A program made the position numbers and the translations under genes. The notes beneath the pieces are model-generated. The model was not told the DNA's origin, ran no database searches, and saw only the letters and a list, made by a program, of their open reading frames with translations. Positions 1-13,196 of a DNA stretch of 64,000 nt are shown piece by piece. The stretch is taken from the NCBI GenBank assembly GCA_020137815.1, contig CM035352.1, positions 2,852,001 through 2,916,000 on the forward strand, in the 5' to 3' direction. How positions within the stretch are numbered: position 1 is the stretch's first letter; the number at the start of each line of letters is the position of its first letter. The DNA is from Hormiphora californensis. Taxonomy: Eukaryota > Animalia > Ctenophora.

Positions 1-3000
1 CGACATTTTGTTAGGGTGACTGGCGGGGTTGTCAAAGACAATGTCACTGGGTAAAGAGGGGATTAGCAGGAACCGGAAAATGGAAATGAGTAGTTTTATA
101 CTGGGCCTAAAGAACACTTTATCACTCTTCAAACCCGTCCCAATTAACTCGTGAAGGGGGCCATACTGCTTCTCATAGTGGGGTACATCAATCGTTCGAA
201 GACTTTGGATACCTATAGCACACCATAACTTGAGGATGTTCCGGATCGTCTGGGTGAGTGGCAACCTATCGTTTCGGTGTAGTGAGGACAGGATGATATC
301 TGGTTTTGAAATCAGATCTTCTTTTGTAAGAGATGTTTTGAGGTAGGGCTGTAGCAGTCCCACACACTCTTTCAACCTCCCACATCCAAACTTCTCCAGG
401 AAACTGTGCACCAAGTCTCCGGCTGCTTCTGCTGGTGGTTCGGTGACTAGTGGTAGTGGTCTCCGGCTGGGGAACTGGAAGGGATCTGGAGTAACAGTAG
501 TTGCGGGTTTAGGAACAGCAGTCACAGGTTTGGTAAGAGCAGTCACAGGTTTGGGAGCAACAGTCGCGGGTTTTGGAACAGTAGTAGTCACAGGTTTGGG
601 AGCAACAGTCGCGGGTTTTGGAGTGGCAGTGGTAGGTTTAGTTGGAGCAGTGATAGGTCTAGTAGCACCAGCAGTGGTGTTCTTAGTAGGAGGAGCAGCT
701 GGTTTCTTCTTTTTGGGTATTTTGTAACGGGTCTGCTCCTCAAACAAGTCAAGAACCTGTTCTGATGGCGCCTTTCTTTTCTTTCCTCTTTCCGGTGACT
801 TTCCTCTCCTTTCCAGTGACTTTTCTCTCCTAGGAGATCGGGATTTGGCCCTGTCTGAGGACTTACCCCGACTAGGCGATCTGGATTTGGCCCGCCTAGG
901 AGATTTTGATTTGCTTCGCCCACACCCAGGAGATCTAGACTTGGCCCGATTAGGTGATCTTGATTTGGCCTGACTCGACGATCCAGACTTTGTCCTGTTA
1001 GGAGATTTGGACTTCGCCCTACTAGGAGATTTTGCTCTTCGAGGTGATCTCGATTTGCCCCTTCTAGGCGACTTTGATTTCGCTCTACTTCTCGGTGAAT
1101 TGTCCCCAGCAGACGTATTTCTTCCCAACGACTTAGACCTCTCTCCTCTGCCCGGTGACCTAGATTTTGCTCTGGCTGATTGAGGTTTCGATCTGCCTGG
1201 TGATCTAGATTTTGCTCGGGCTGATGGAGTAGTTGATCTGCCTGGTGACCTAGATTTTGCTCGGGCTGATTGAGTAGTTGATCTGCCTGGTGACCTAGAT
1301 TTTGCTCGGGCTGATGGAGTAACTGATCTGCCTGGTGACCTAGATTTTGCTCTGGCTGATGGAGTAACTGATCTGCCTGGTGACCTAGATTTTGCTCTGG
1401 CTGATGGAGTAACTGATCTGCCTGGTGACCTAGACTTTGCTCGGGCTGATTGAGAAACTGATCTGCCTGGTGACCTAGATTTTGCTCTGGCGGATGAAGT
1501 ATTTGAACTTTGATATCTTCCCGTACTACTGGATCGGGATTTCTTGCGAGCTCTTTTTGGAGCCTGTTTCTCAGATAAAATAGTTATCTCGTCACTTGAC
1601 GGTTCTGAAATAACGTCTATTGCTGCTGTTGATGGGGCCTTCCGTTTCTCGGTCACTGTTGTCCTGTCTTTCCTGGCCTGTAGTCTGGGATCTCGCTGGT
1701 TACTAATTTGAACCGACCTCGGTATAAACTCAGGGGTTGTCGAACCTGATGTGGCCGGGGTAATTGTTGGGGATGGTGTAGCGGAGGATGTGTCGAGGGT
1801 ACTGGGGCGAACCATATCAAATATCCTGGAAGTCCGTGGAGGTGGGGCGGGCTGGTAGTCAGCTGGTGGAACAAAGGGAGCATCAGGATCTGGTTTTATA
1901 ACAACCACGGGGATGCAAACTGTACCCTTGTCCTCCTTCTTTTCCTCCTCCTCCCACCCACCCAGTACATCCTGTACCACCATGTCCCCCACCCTCTCCT
2001 GGACCCGGTCCGGTGTTATCAGATCGATCTCCTGACCATCTGTCACCCTGTAATCCTGACCTTCCTCCAGACCTTCCTCCGCCAAGCTGGACCTAGACTG
2101 CTTCTGTAGACCTAGTGTTTCCAAGATGTCAGGTTTCTTTCGAGATCGTGTTTTCGCCAGTTTCCCGCTTAATGGACCCGGGTTTGCCTTCTTGGGACCC
2201 AGAGATATCCGGGGGTGTTTAGGAGATAAGTTAAAAACACTGCTGTTCCCAGGTCTACCTCCTGTCGACCTCGCTTTGGGGGGTCGGGTAGTGGAAGGTA
2301 TGGTTGTAGACGGCGGGATTTCACCTTCTTGATCAGCTTGGCTCAAGTTTGCTTGGATTTGGGCGGGTATGGTATCACCAACATTCGTGGTATCTTCTTT
2401 AGAGGTAGAACTGGTGTTGGGTTCAAGTTGTGGAATGTCTCTGATCGTTGGAGTAACTGCTGATTTACCAGTGGACTTAGAGGCACGAGGTTTAGGTCCC
2501 GGTTTGGAAACTGATTTCAGTGCCATCGCAGAGATATGACTGACTGAAGATGCTACCACTGGTACCGATGAGGTATTTTGTGAAGGAGCAGGTGTCTTGT
2601 TTTGTGACGGAGCAAGTGTCTTGTTTTGTGAAGGAGCAGGAGTCTTGTTTTGTGAAGGAGCAGGTGCCTTGTCTTGTGAAGGAGCAGGTGCCTTGTTTTG
2701 TGAAGGAGCAGGTGCCTTGTCTTGTGAAGGAGTAGGTGTCTTGTTTTGTGAAGGAGCAGGTGTCTTGTTTTGTGAAGAGGCAGGTTTCTTGTTTTGCAGA
2801 GGAGCTGTAGGCGTCTTTTCTTTTATCAGATCATCCGCCTCCTTTTCTGGAGGACTAGGAGACTCCACTATATTCAAAGAACTTAAAGATACTAGCCTCG
2901 CTTTAGGTATCTTGATGACCAACGGTTCAAGAGGCTTGGGCTGAGGTGGTTCCGTGTCCTTGCTAGCTTGTAGAGCAACCCGCACAGAACCCCTCATAGG

Positions 3001-6000
3001 CAATGGGGGTGCTTTCTTTTTCTTCTTCTCCTGATCCCGCTCTCCTGGTTCCTGATCCTGGACCGGTTGGGATGGCTCCTTATTGGCCCTCTCACCTTCT
3101 TTTCTCCCGTCAGATACCAGTGGAGGACAGACTAACTCAGCAGGCTCCAATTCCTCCTCTTTTGTTAGTGTGATCTCTTCCTCTACCGTGGGAACAGGAG
3201 GTAGATCGGAGAATATGTCGACTGGTCGGAAATTAGGGAATAGCATCGGAGTTGTCTTCCTCCTGTTCTTTTTCCTAGGAGATACAGCCAGGGAGGTAGG
3301 TTTGTTACCTGGTAAACTAGGTATCTTGTCACCAAGGCCCACCATTCTTCTGATGGCAGGCTCCGGCAACACATCCTCTCCTGGAGTGTGTTCACGACCT
3401 ATTACCCTATATTTCGAGGGTTTCACAATATTACGATTTGTTGAAAGGAAGAGATCATCTTGTTCGGATGATCTATTAATGGAATCTGATGCTGAAGTTT
3501 GTTCTGCCTGTCCACCCTGATCAACTGCTTTAGGGGGAGTCTTCTGTAAGCTCCTTCTATTTTTCCGCTCAGCAAAGGTCTTAGGTTTTGGTGGGGAAGG
3601 TGGTCTCTCCGGGTCGTCTGAGAGCACTATTGGTGGATCAAACACTCTTGGAACGGGGGGAATTTCCTCTAGGTCGCTGCTACTGTCATCCATCCTTCTA
3701 GCACCTTCCTCACCATACACCTCATCAATTGGTGTTTCAGAATCACTGACAGTCTCTTGGGAGGGCAGGGGAGGGGTATATGATATATCAACACTTTCTA
3801 ACACCTTACGGGCGTTTAGAGAGTTGTCCACAGCAGCAAGGGGAGGAGGTGGAGGGGTTGTAGGTTTAACTACCACACCCCCTTTCAAGATGCCTAGTCT
3901 TGGAGGAGCATCATTGGGAAATGGAATCTTGTATACCTTCTGGGCACGTTCACTCAACTTCGTATCAGGTTTGGCTCGTTTGTTGGTGAGTGTGGATCTA
4001 CCTCTAGCTAGACCTTTATTAACAATATCTTTGTAGTTATACACACTGATCTCCACCGGAGCAGGTTTAGTGCCCTGCAACGTCTTTCTATGTGTGGTAT
4101 TCTGTTTAGTGGTACCCTCTTTATTAGGCGAGAGACGCTCCGTGCATGCCAACTGGTCCGACAAGGACGGAGGGCAACTAGGAGGGTGAGGAGAAGGAGG
4201 GATTGGCGTCTTTCTAGAACCAATAGTAATTGTATTCTGGACAGGGGGAGTAGCTGACCACAGGAGGAGGGAGGAGGAGGGCCGCGCTGGTAGGTCACTC
4301 CAGTCGTGTAATCTTCCTCATGGTATTCGTACTCGTCAAGCCCACGATGCTGAACTGGCTTTTTGGCTAGCCCTGATCGCGGGGGTACATTTAGTGGAAA
4401 GGCTTGGCTTGGGATCTTTTTCTTGGGCAAGGCTTCGCATCTGAAAAATAAGGGAATTATTATAGTTAATTTAACCTTGTGAATGAAATCAAAGTGCAAT
4501 AATACAAGCTAGCACACCATCTACAAATACGTACGGTATATTTAGCTTCTTGAAGACTTCCTTGATGCCTGATATCTCGCAGCAGTGTCCGCACGTTAGG
4601 GAGGTATAGAAACTGAAAAATTAGCAATTATTTTAATGGAGTGTATGCATGTGGACGGAGAAATTAGGTTTAAAGTTGTCTCATATAAGACCTTACTCTT
4701 CGCACCGGGCCGATGCGGCTACGTGAGGCCGCGTAGGTTGCGCATAGGTTGCACAGTGTACAGTCAGTGTCTGACAAGTTTAAAGAGGGTCACAAATGCT
4801 TCACCCCGATTTACCGTGCCAAATCACGGATATATACTAAACAAAAGTTCTGAGATACCTTTTTATAAGGAGTCTTGTCAATAGTTCTGGATCTGAAAGT
4901 TTCAGGAGGTGTACAACCTGCAAAATTTCTTTCTGCAGTGTTGTGGGTTCTACAATTGGGACCCGGTCTTTTAGATTACTACTTGATCCATTCCCCTGGT
5001 CGGCCGGATTACGACGTTTGGGATTGGGATTATCAGCAAACTCAGGGATAGTTACCCGACCCGTTCTGAACTTGTTGATGCCCTAAAATACAGATATTTG
5101 TTATGATATTTCATCCTAGATATTATATCGAGAAACAAAGTATTCTGTGTGAATTGAAACTTACAATTGAAGAACCACCGGTGTTTGCCTTGTAGTATTT
5201 GATCCCAGCAATTGACACTGCCTTGATGTGCTTCCTTAGTTTAACCAAAGAATTGAAGAACTCGGGGCATTCCGGTACCCCACATTGACCCTTGCACTCC
5301 CCTCCCTTCGGGTCAATATACATATCGGCAATAACGGGGAGGCTGTGTACCTAGATAGAGGGACGTGGTTTAGTAGGCAGTAACGGGGAGGCTGTGTACC
5401 TAGATATAGGGGGAGAAGAAGTGGTTTAGTAGGCTACAAGAGTGGGTCTAGTCTGTATACCTGTATGATATAGAAAGAAGGTAGCTAGGTAGTATAGGGA
5501 TAAGGGGGTAGCTAGGGGGTCGGGTGGGATACTGGATATACCTATCAACTTGGTAGACGGCAATGTCTAAATAGTAATATAGTCCTGTCTACTTCGAGGT
5601 TTAGGGACGGGCTCCAAGAATCTAAAGTTAATTATACCATCCAGGACCACCAATGTGTTATAAATGATATTATGCAAGAAGTATAAGAGGGCTATTGCAG
5701 GCTTGGAATACTGATTTACAGGGAATAATATATCCCCCAAATATATATTCTACCCCTCTTTATGATAAAAGAAAACAATTCTAGCTCATATAAACTCCCA
5801 CACACACAGACAGACGCACTGATCAGTAGTAAAAAGTACCAGCAAAGGGGAACCGACCTCCCTTGTTCGACCCTCCCTGCACCCCCGGGTTTGAACAAAA
5901 CAAGAATCAACCTTGTTGAGTGAGCTTGTTGATCTGAGTAAGGGGTGGAGCTTACTCAACAAGAGTGAGCTGTTAATGTTCTACGGAAAGAATCATCGGA

Positions 6001-9000
6001 CTATGATTCTACCGAATGATTATTCCCCTTGGTACCGGAAAGATGGGAGAGTTCGATATAGAAACCGCGGGTCGTCACCGCTCCCTTATATTATCTATAT
6101 TAGCCGGACATTTTCCGTTTTCTCTCTCTTTTCCCTTGGTCACTTTGTAGATCTGTACACCTCCCAGACCCCCAAGATCCCTAATAAGTGAGTATAACTC
6201 ACTGAGTACAGGGAATGAGGATCTACTAACTGAGTAGTACTACACTTACCCACTGTTCGTTATGATGTTTTGCTATCACGTTCTCCAGTCTGCATTTACC
6301 CATTGTTAACTTCTGCCAGTCCGGAACAGGACGCTTGTAATCATCTGTACCATGACCACACGCAAAACATATCACTTCAGTCATGCAGGTGTTGGTAAGG
6401 CGCCGATAGAGCAGCCACAGGATCCTGTACGGCCACTTTTCTTCTTTAACTTGTTTCAACTAATGGGGTATGTGGTATAGGGGTTAGTTATTTCTGTTTG
6501 GCGGGGTCACATATCACGATTATATAGTTTTTTTTCAGGCCAATGCTTTGACTGTTTTTTTAAGCAGTACTAAACAAGCTCTAGTACTATTATCTACTCT
6601 ACAAGTTCTTATTTACCGTTAGTAGCATGGTAGATAGTTCCTCACTTTCACACTTGCACACAACATCATTGATAGATATCATCTCCTTAATTATAGTGGC
6701 TCTGCTCCTCCAGTCACTGATCCCTGTCGGTAAAGATACCATTTCCTCCTCCAATATCTTGGCTTTCTGTAATTGAGAATGAATGGCAATTACTGTCTGG
6801 CGGCACTGACCCGACAAATGAAAAACAAAAATTAAAATTTTTTTAAAAACCTAAATTATTTAGAAATTATTATCGATAATTATATTCTCACCTGCGTATA
6901 GCGGAAAATATCCCTCACTTGAACATGTTTAGTGGGTGGGCCTGATGGTGCACGACGATCTATCATCTTGGCAGCAGTCTTCTCCTTAGCAACCTGATCC
7001 CTATTTGATCCACCTGCACCTTCCTTTGTCGATACCACAGTAGAGTTGTTTTTGTTCAAATGCCGGTTTTTTGTGTTACTGCCAGGTTGCCACTGGCGAA
7101 AATAAAATGATGGCTTCTTTTGCTTTAATAGGTTGAGACCTGTTGCTGGTGCGTTGCTAGGGGCAACTGTTGGTGGAGTCTTGCTAGGGGCAACTGTTGC
7201 TAGAGTGTTGCTAGGGGCAACTGTTGCTGGAGCGTTGCTAGGGGCAACTGTTGATGGAGTCTTGCTAGGGGCAAGTGTTGCTAGATTCTTGCTAGGGGGA
7301 ACTGTTGCCGGAGTGTTGCTAGGGGTAACTGTTACTGAAGCGTTGCTAGGGGCAAATATTGCTGAAGCGTTGCTAGGTGCAACTGTTGCTAAAGTGTTGC
7401 TAGGGGCGAACATTGCTGAAGCGTTGCTAGGACCAACCATTACCGAAGCAGTACTAGGGGTAAAAATAGCTGAAGCGTTGCTAGGGGCAACTGTTGCTGG
7501 AGTGTTGTTAGGGACAACTGTTGCTGGACCGCTGCCAGGGGCAAATATTGCTGAAGCGTTGCTAGGGGCAACTGTTACTGGTTTAGTCATAGGTGTAGTA
7601 ACTGTAAAGCCACTGCTAACTAAAGAGTCTTGGATACCCAATACTTCTGGAAGTGGGGAGGGCTCCATGGCTGTTTTAGCACTCGAAGGTGTCTCAATCG
7701 GTGAAGCAGCGAATCTAGTGTCTGGTGTGATGAGAGGAAAGGTGAAAACATCAACCGGTACATTGGTTGCTGAGGGATCGTTGCTAGGCAACGGGATCAA
7801 ACTCGCACTCTTGTTTAGAGGTACAAGAAACATAGAATTGGGAGGAAACACAGGCTGAGGAGTAGGTTGAGGAGGAGGAGGAGGAGGGGGATGAGGAGCA
7901 ATGAGAGTCATATCTCCTAATTTTGGAGTAATGTCCCCGACAACAAGATCTTCATTTTCCTTTTCATCTCTCATGATCTTGTATGATTTGTTGACAGCAA
8001 CGTATGCCTCCTTTCTCTCACGCTTCTTTTCTACCTCTGTTTTCAGCTCCTGTAAACTCTTTCTACTTGTTCTCGGTCTCAGTCCCCACCTCTTTTTACC
8101 GGGCGGACTAAGTACCAGACTAGGGAGGTTCGGGGTATTGCCGGTGGGGGAAGGATCCTCACTGAAGAACACCACACGATCTGCTACTGAGGATTCCTCG
8201 GTAGCTGAGCGTGTGGTGATGTGTTTCTTGGAGAGCTGGGGCATGGGTGGTAGTTTAGTACCAGCTGGAGCCTTCCAGTCCCCGTCCTCTCCTTCAGAAT
8301 CTGAGGACAGCTGAGGAGGTGAGATCGGGTTCTCTCCTTCCTCAGAGTGGAGTTCGGTATCTTCAGCTCCAGAGTGTTTTTCAGTACCTTCCTCTTCAGC
8401 TCTAGATTTTAGTTGAATATCTTCTCCTTTAGCCTCGATATTTAGTTGTTCAGCACCTTGTGACTCCTCTTCAGTCTCTACTTGTGACTCTTCCTCGCTC
8501 TGTGATCCTTCCTCAGTGTCTAACTTGGTAGATGTGCTAGCCGGGGGTGAGGGGGTTCTTTCCTCTGAGTCGGATAGTTGTGGTAGGATATTATCAGATT
8601 GGATATGGTCTGGGGTATCGACAGTAGGGTAGCAGTCCTCCAACGGTGGTAGTGACCCGGGGGAATCAACCTAAAAAATAACGGGGGTAAAAATCAGGGA
8701 CATTTTAATTTTCAGCACACAAATTCAACATTCAACAAACATGCCCCTCTCCCCTTGCCATACTACATGACTGACAGTCATTGACTGTAACGTCACCCAC
8801 GCAGCTCGAGTTTTGTCAGGTTCGGAGAGGGCGGTATTTTGGAAGACAAGCCCCCTGCCCCTCGCCCCTTAGTATGTACAATGTATATTGTGTACCTGAT
8901 CATGCTCTTCCTGATTTCCAGGAATTGGAGCTGCTGATAGGAGATCCTCTTCCTCTTCTTGTCCTATATCATCTCCTTCCTCCATGTCCTCCTCCCCACT

Positions 9001-10493
9001 CAACAAGTGGTCCTCTTCCCTCGACTGAAAATAGACACGTGTGTTATTGACATGTAAATCAAGGTTGCCTTAGTCGAGTATTGACCCTCTCCCACCGCAC
9101 ACTACGACTGTAACTTTTGTTGTAAAGGAGGGTTGAAACATAAAGAAGTCTAAAGGTGTACTCTTGCAGGCTCGGGGACCCCAGATCCCTCCCAATCCGC
9201 CTCACAAAGAAAAGGTATCATACTCACAGTATTGATTGATAATTTAGAGATTGCAGAATGGGGTGTCAGGGTTGGTAACATTAGATCCTCCTCCACATCT
9301 TCCTCTACATCCATTGGCTGAACCTCCTCATCCCCCTCCTCGTCCCCTCCCTCTCTTTTAACTCCTCCCTCCTGTAGAACCATGTTGTCGTGTTCACTTA
9401 GCAGCTCCAGGATCTCATTGATGTCTTCAGAGAACTGGTCCTGATCGTCCCCGTAGATACTACCATCGTCATCCACTATGGGATCTGGGATCACTTCTCC
9501 TTCTGGATCAGAGGGCGGCATGGTGTCATCTTCCTCGTTGTCCGATATAACCTCTCCGTCTAGTTCCGGGATCTCTCCATCTAGTTCTGAAACGTCTCCA
9601 TCTAGTTCTGAAACGTCTCTATCTAGCTCCGGAGTTCCCAATTTTTCAGGAGCCGCCCTCCTAGGAATGGCATCTTCTTCTGGGATCATCCCATCTTCAT
9701 CGTTGTCCGATATAACCTCTCCATCTAGTTCTGGAATCTCCTCTGCTACTTCTGGGACCTCTCCATCTAGTTCTGGAATCTCCTCTGCTACTTCTGGAAC
9801 CTCTCCATCTACTTCTGGAACCTCTCCATCTAGTTCTGGAACTTCTCTGTCTAGTTCCGGACCCTGTCCTTCTAGTTCCGGACCCTGTCCTTCTAGTTCC
9901 GGGACCTTTTCTGCTAGATCTGGAACTTCTTGCATTTCTAGCGCTGGGGTAACCCCTTCTAGTTCCGGATTTTCTCTTTCTTCAAGAGCAGCCCCATCTC
10001 TAGGAATAGCATCTTCTTCTTCTGAAATCATATCCTCTTCAAACATAATTTCTTCAAATTCATCGTAAACAGTGATCTCTTCTTCCAGAATCTCTGCTCC
10101 TTTGCTACCGGAAATGTCTTTTTTCGGGCGTTTTCGGCGAGATGACACGGTCCCTTTCTGAACTGGGTCAGATGACACAGCCCCTTTCTGAACTAGGTCA
10201 GATGACACGGCCCCTTTCTGAACTGGGTCAGATGACACGGCCCCTTTCTGAACTGGGTCAGATGACACGGCCCCTTTCTGAACTGGGTCAGATGACACGA
10301 CCCCTTTCTGAACTGGGTCAGATGACACGGCCCCTTTCTGAACTGGGTCAGATGACACGGCCCCTTTCTGAACTGGGTCAGATGACACGGCCCCTTTCTG
10401 AACTGGGTCAGATGACACGGGCCCTCCATCTTTATCAGATGTTTCAGTCCTCCATTCCTCAGCTGTGGCAGGAGTATCGCTACAAGATGACAT
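1..10493 (-). CDS. Very large multi-exon low-complexity protein (acidic N-terminus, P/S/T-rich repeats, RS/SP-rich region, degenerate C2H2-like motif); 3' end lies beyond the window
   Basis: Phase-compatible GT-AG exons 10493-9228, 9024-8896, 8670-6892, then ~6766-6617 and ~6459-6250, further small unresolved exons, then 5350-5165, 5082-4918, 4612-4535 and 4440->1. The frame from ~4317 to base 1 is open wherever I checked it (>1400 codons) and is missing from the ORF track because it has no stop. Exon 5350-5165 contains CGVPECPEFFNSLVKLRKH (C2H2-like, last His absent). Whether this is a single gene is inferred. Confidence 0.7.
830..1490 (-). repeat. Coding RS/SP-rich repeats, including a 45-bp tandem repeat (~7 copies, SPGRSxTxSARAKSR)
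   Basis: Unit tgacctagattttgctcgggctgatggagtagttgatctgcctgg at ~1156-1490. Degenerate (R/A)KS(R/K)SPxR repeats at 830-1100. Confidence 0.9.
2575..2800 (-). repeat. Coding 24-bp tandem repeat (K[T/A]PAPSQ[N/D])
   Basis: tgtgaaggagcaggtgtcttgttt repeated about 9 times. Confidence 0.9.
7140..7580 (-). repeat. Coding 27-bp degenerate tandem repeat (PSNAPATVA / PSNASAIFA)
   Basis: Recurring gttgctaggggcaactgttgc inside the 587-aa ORF. Confidence 0.9.
9550..9925 (-). repeat. Coding 21-bp acidic repeat (EVPELDG-like)
   Basis: Recurring ccatctagttctggaacctct units in ORF 9150..10493. Confidence 0.85.
10141..10420 (-). repeat. Coding 30-bp near-perfect tandem repeat (GAVSSDPVQK, ~9 copies)
   Basis: gatgacacggcccctttctgaactgggtca repeated. 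Confidence 0.95.
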
Positions 10494-11741
10494 GACGGAA
10501 CATATCAGGACTTGGATATTATATATTCCTACAAAACAAGAAGCAATGGGATTAGTTGGTGGGGCAATTTAGGGTGTGTGTGGAAATGGGAACTTGGAGT
10601 GGGGTGGTAAACACGATTTAAGAGTTCCCGACCCTAGTACGAGGTCTGGGGTGTTTTTTGAGTTACTCAACAAAGGGGTTGGGGGTAGAGGGAGGGTGGA
10701 GGGGGTTGGGGTGGAGGGTGGAAGCAGTAAAACCAGTTGTTGAACCTGAAGTAAAATTCGCCAGAAAGTTGTCAATTACAACGTCACATTACTAGCCCAT
10801 TAACTAACAGCTTTCATATCAACACAAACAAACACCACGGGACGGAACTATCTCGTGTATAATAATATCTCCCAATATCTCGTGTATATCTCGTATCTCG
10901 TCTCCCAATATAATCTCGTCTTCCAATATCTCGTATCTCATCCCCCAATATCTCGTCCTATATTATCTGGTCTTCCAATATCTCGTGTAACTATATCATG
11001 CCTCTCAATTCTCCCGTCTCACTGGATCTCTCCCGCGTCTCTTTCTTTCCCTCTCAGTGGCACCACACACCGTAGTACGACTATCAACTACGTCTTAACT
11101 CTCTTAAGACGTCATCACCTGTAAACATAATAACATCTTCTTCTCGTTGAAATACGAGCTCTATTATAATATATATCCCCGACTATATAATATCATTTGA
11201 TTCTAAACATAATTTCTAGGTGTAATTATCTTAAGGCAAACTGCCGATATATATAAGCTAAATTATCCAACAATATAATCAATAAAAGCTTTTCAATTCT
11301 TAAAGGCAGTATAAATTACTTCATCACTACATCATGTTAGTGTGTTAGTCTAGCGAGCGTATATAAGTTAAATTTCAGTCTTACTAGCTCACGTATAAAT
11401 TCCCACATTTTAAAAGTTCAGTTATCTTTCTAATTCTAATTTTAACTTCAGTTAGCTAAGTATTTTACATATTATAGAAGTTCTTACAAAATTTGTTATC
11501 AAACAGAGTCTTATTGTTAGCCCATATAATTAAAAATCGGTCTCTTATCCAACTTTAGGTGATGTTAGTTTTCTTTTCTTTTTCTCTCTCTCTCTCACAC
11601 ACACACATACACACACACTCTCTCTCTCTCTCGCTCAATCATTTATAACCATTTAGCATTGTAACCACCATCCCCTTCCTAGAGCAAATTGAATGGGTAT
11701 TAAACACATCTCTCCAGAGGGGGTATACTGGTGGTATTATG

Positions 11742-11850
11742 CAGAAACCGACCGGACCAAGTAAACAACCAATCAGAGCTCGTTATTTAGGTCACGTGAC
11801 TGGTTATCAGCCAATCAGGGACCAGTATTTCCTGATTCGGTCGGTTCCTG
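11742..11850. mobile_element. 109-bp MITE, hAT-like (CAG termini, 8-bp TSD)
   Basis: TIR cagaaaccgaccg / cggtcggttcctg. Perfect TSD gtattatg at 11734-11741 and 11851-11858. Confidence 0.85.
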
Positions 11851-12022
11851 GTATTATGCTACTAGAAGGTTCTTTAATATATAGTTTGCTTTCAAGAGGG
11901 TCAACTCAAGCACCAACAGATACTACAAGGATGTCAATGTGTTGTGGTACCGTTGGGCGTTGGGCGTTGGGGCTGTCAGGCATCACACTGACAACTGGTC
12001 TCGCACGCTCTTTAGAGTGGAG

Positions 12023-12093
12023 CTGTCAGGCCAATGCTCTGACCACAGTTCTCGCGCGCTCCGCGAGAATGGGCCAGACCAATGCTCTGACAG
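12023..12093. mobile_element. Micro-MITE, CTGTCAG family (core gccaatgct), nested inside a related element at 11973-12132
   Basis: ctgtcag...ctgacag termini with perfect 8-bp TSD gagtggag. Confidence 0.85.
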
Positions 12094-12210
12094 GAGTGGA
12101 GCGAAAACAGTAGTCAGGCACCACGCTGACAGTCATTATAAGATGACAAAGCCCAAACAGTAGGGTCTCACTGTGTCCCCCCAGCTCAAAGGAGCTTTTC
12201 TGAAAGCACT

Positions 12211-12274
12211 CTGTCTGGCGGCGCCGACCCGACACTGTTTGAGAATCGAAACGGGGTCTGGCGGCGCCAGGTAG
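12211..12274. mobile_element. Micro-MITE, CTGTCTG family
   Basis: ctgtctggcggcgcc...gtctggcggcgccaggtag; TSD aaagcact / aaggcact (7/8). Confidence 0.75.
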
Positions 12275-12975
12275 AAGGCACTCGTGTAGCAAACATCTCA
12301 AACTGCATGTCTCATTATCTGTGAATCCATCGTAGAGGATGAATATATGTATTAAATTGATCTCCGATTCATTGTGAGGAATAATGCTGAAACACACCCA
12401 ACTGATAGCATCTTCCACTGTTAGAAGATAACATCGTGTCAGGCATCACGCTGACCACTGTGTGCGCTCAGGAAGGCGGAGTGAGAAGTGGTCATACATC
12501 ACGCTGACAAGGGTTAGTGGATCTACCGACGTTCGGTGTGTTTCAACGTTAAAATGTTAGGTAAAGTATGTAACAAAAAACAATAATGTAAGGGATTAAC
12601 ACAAAATGGAATGTAAATAGTCTCTGTAATTTATGAATCTCGACTCCTAATACATAGGGACAAGCTGTGGACTTGTAACAGGGGGGTAATAAACAGTAAA
12701 CAATGCATGTAAAAATACAGCTGCCAGTAAACCTTCTTTCACAGCTCTGTTCAGGTCTTTAACTTAGGACCCGGACTGTATAATACATTATCCGTCAGTC
12801 AATAGACCTCCTTAGAGCATTAGAACTAAATCGCAATATAATTATATCTATAATGTGGTAATCTTTAAAAGATTTGTAGTTAAAAAAATCGATTTTATGA
12901 AAAAAAAAAACAGCGACAAACACTCAAGCGGCAAGTGTATACTAACTTTCTCTAACCTCCCTCTCCCTCTCCCTC

Positions 12976-13050
<75 letters not shown>

Positions 13051-13196
13051 AACCCATTAGTCGCATGCATAATTAGTATGTCGTCAATAAGTTGAACGAA
13101 ACAAGCTGCCCTCTGTTGCCATAGCAAAACACGGTATCCATAGTTACACGAGTGATAACGATGCGAACCCCATATGTTAACATTGTTGTCATGTCA

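Noticed and set aside
4318-4338. Selenocysteine or readthrough recoding of the two TGAs
   Set aside because: There is no redox-motif context and no identifiable SECIS element in the window; an intron or indels are simpler explanations.
10141-10420. Regular 30-bp repeats (and the 45-bp repeats at 1156-1490) as a CRISPR array
   Set aside because: There are no unique spacers and no cas genes; these are in-frame coding tandem repeats in an intron-containing gene.
7133-10495. Long plus-strand ORFs (7133, 7901, 9478, 10142; also 443, 2597, 3083, 41348)
   Set aside because: They are antisense shadows of repetitive minus-strand coding exons.
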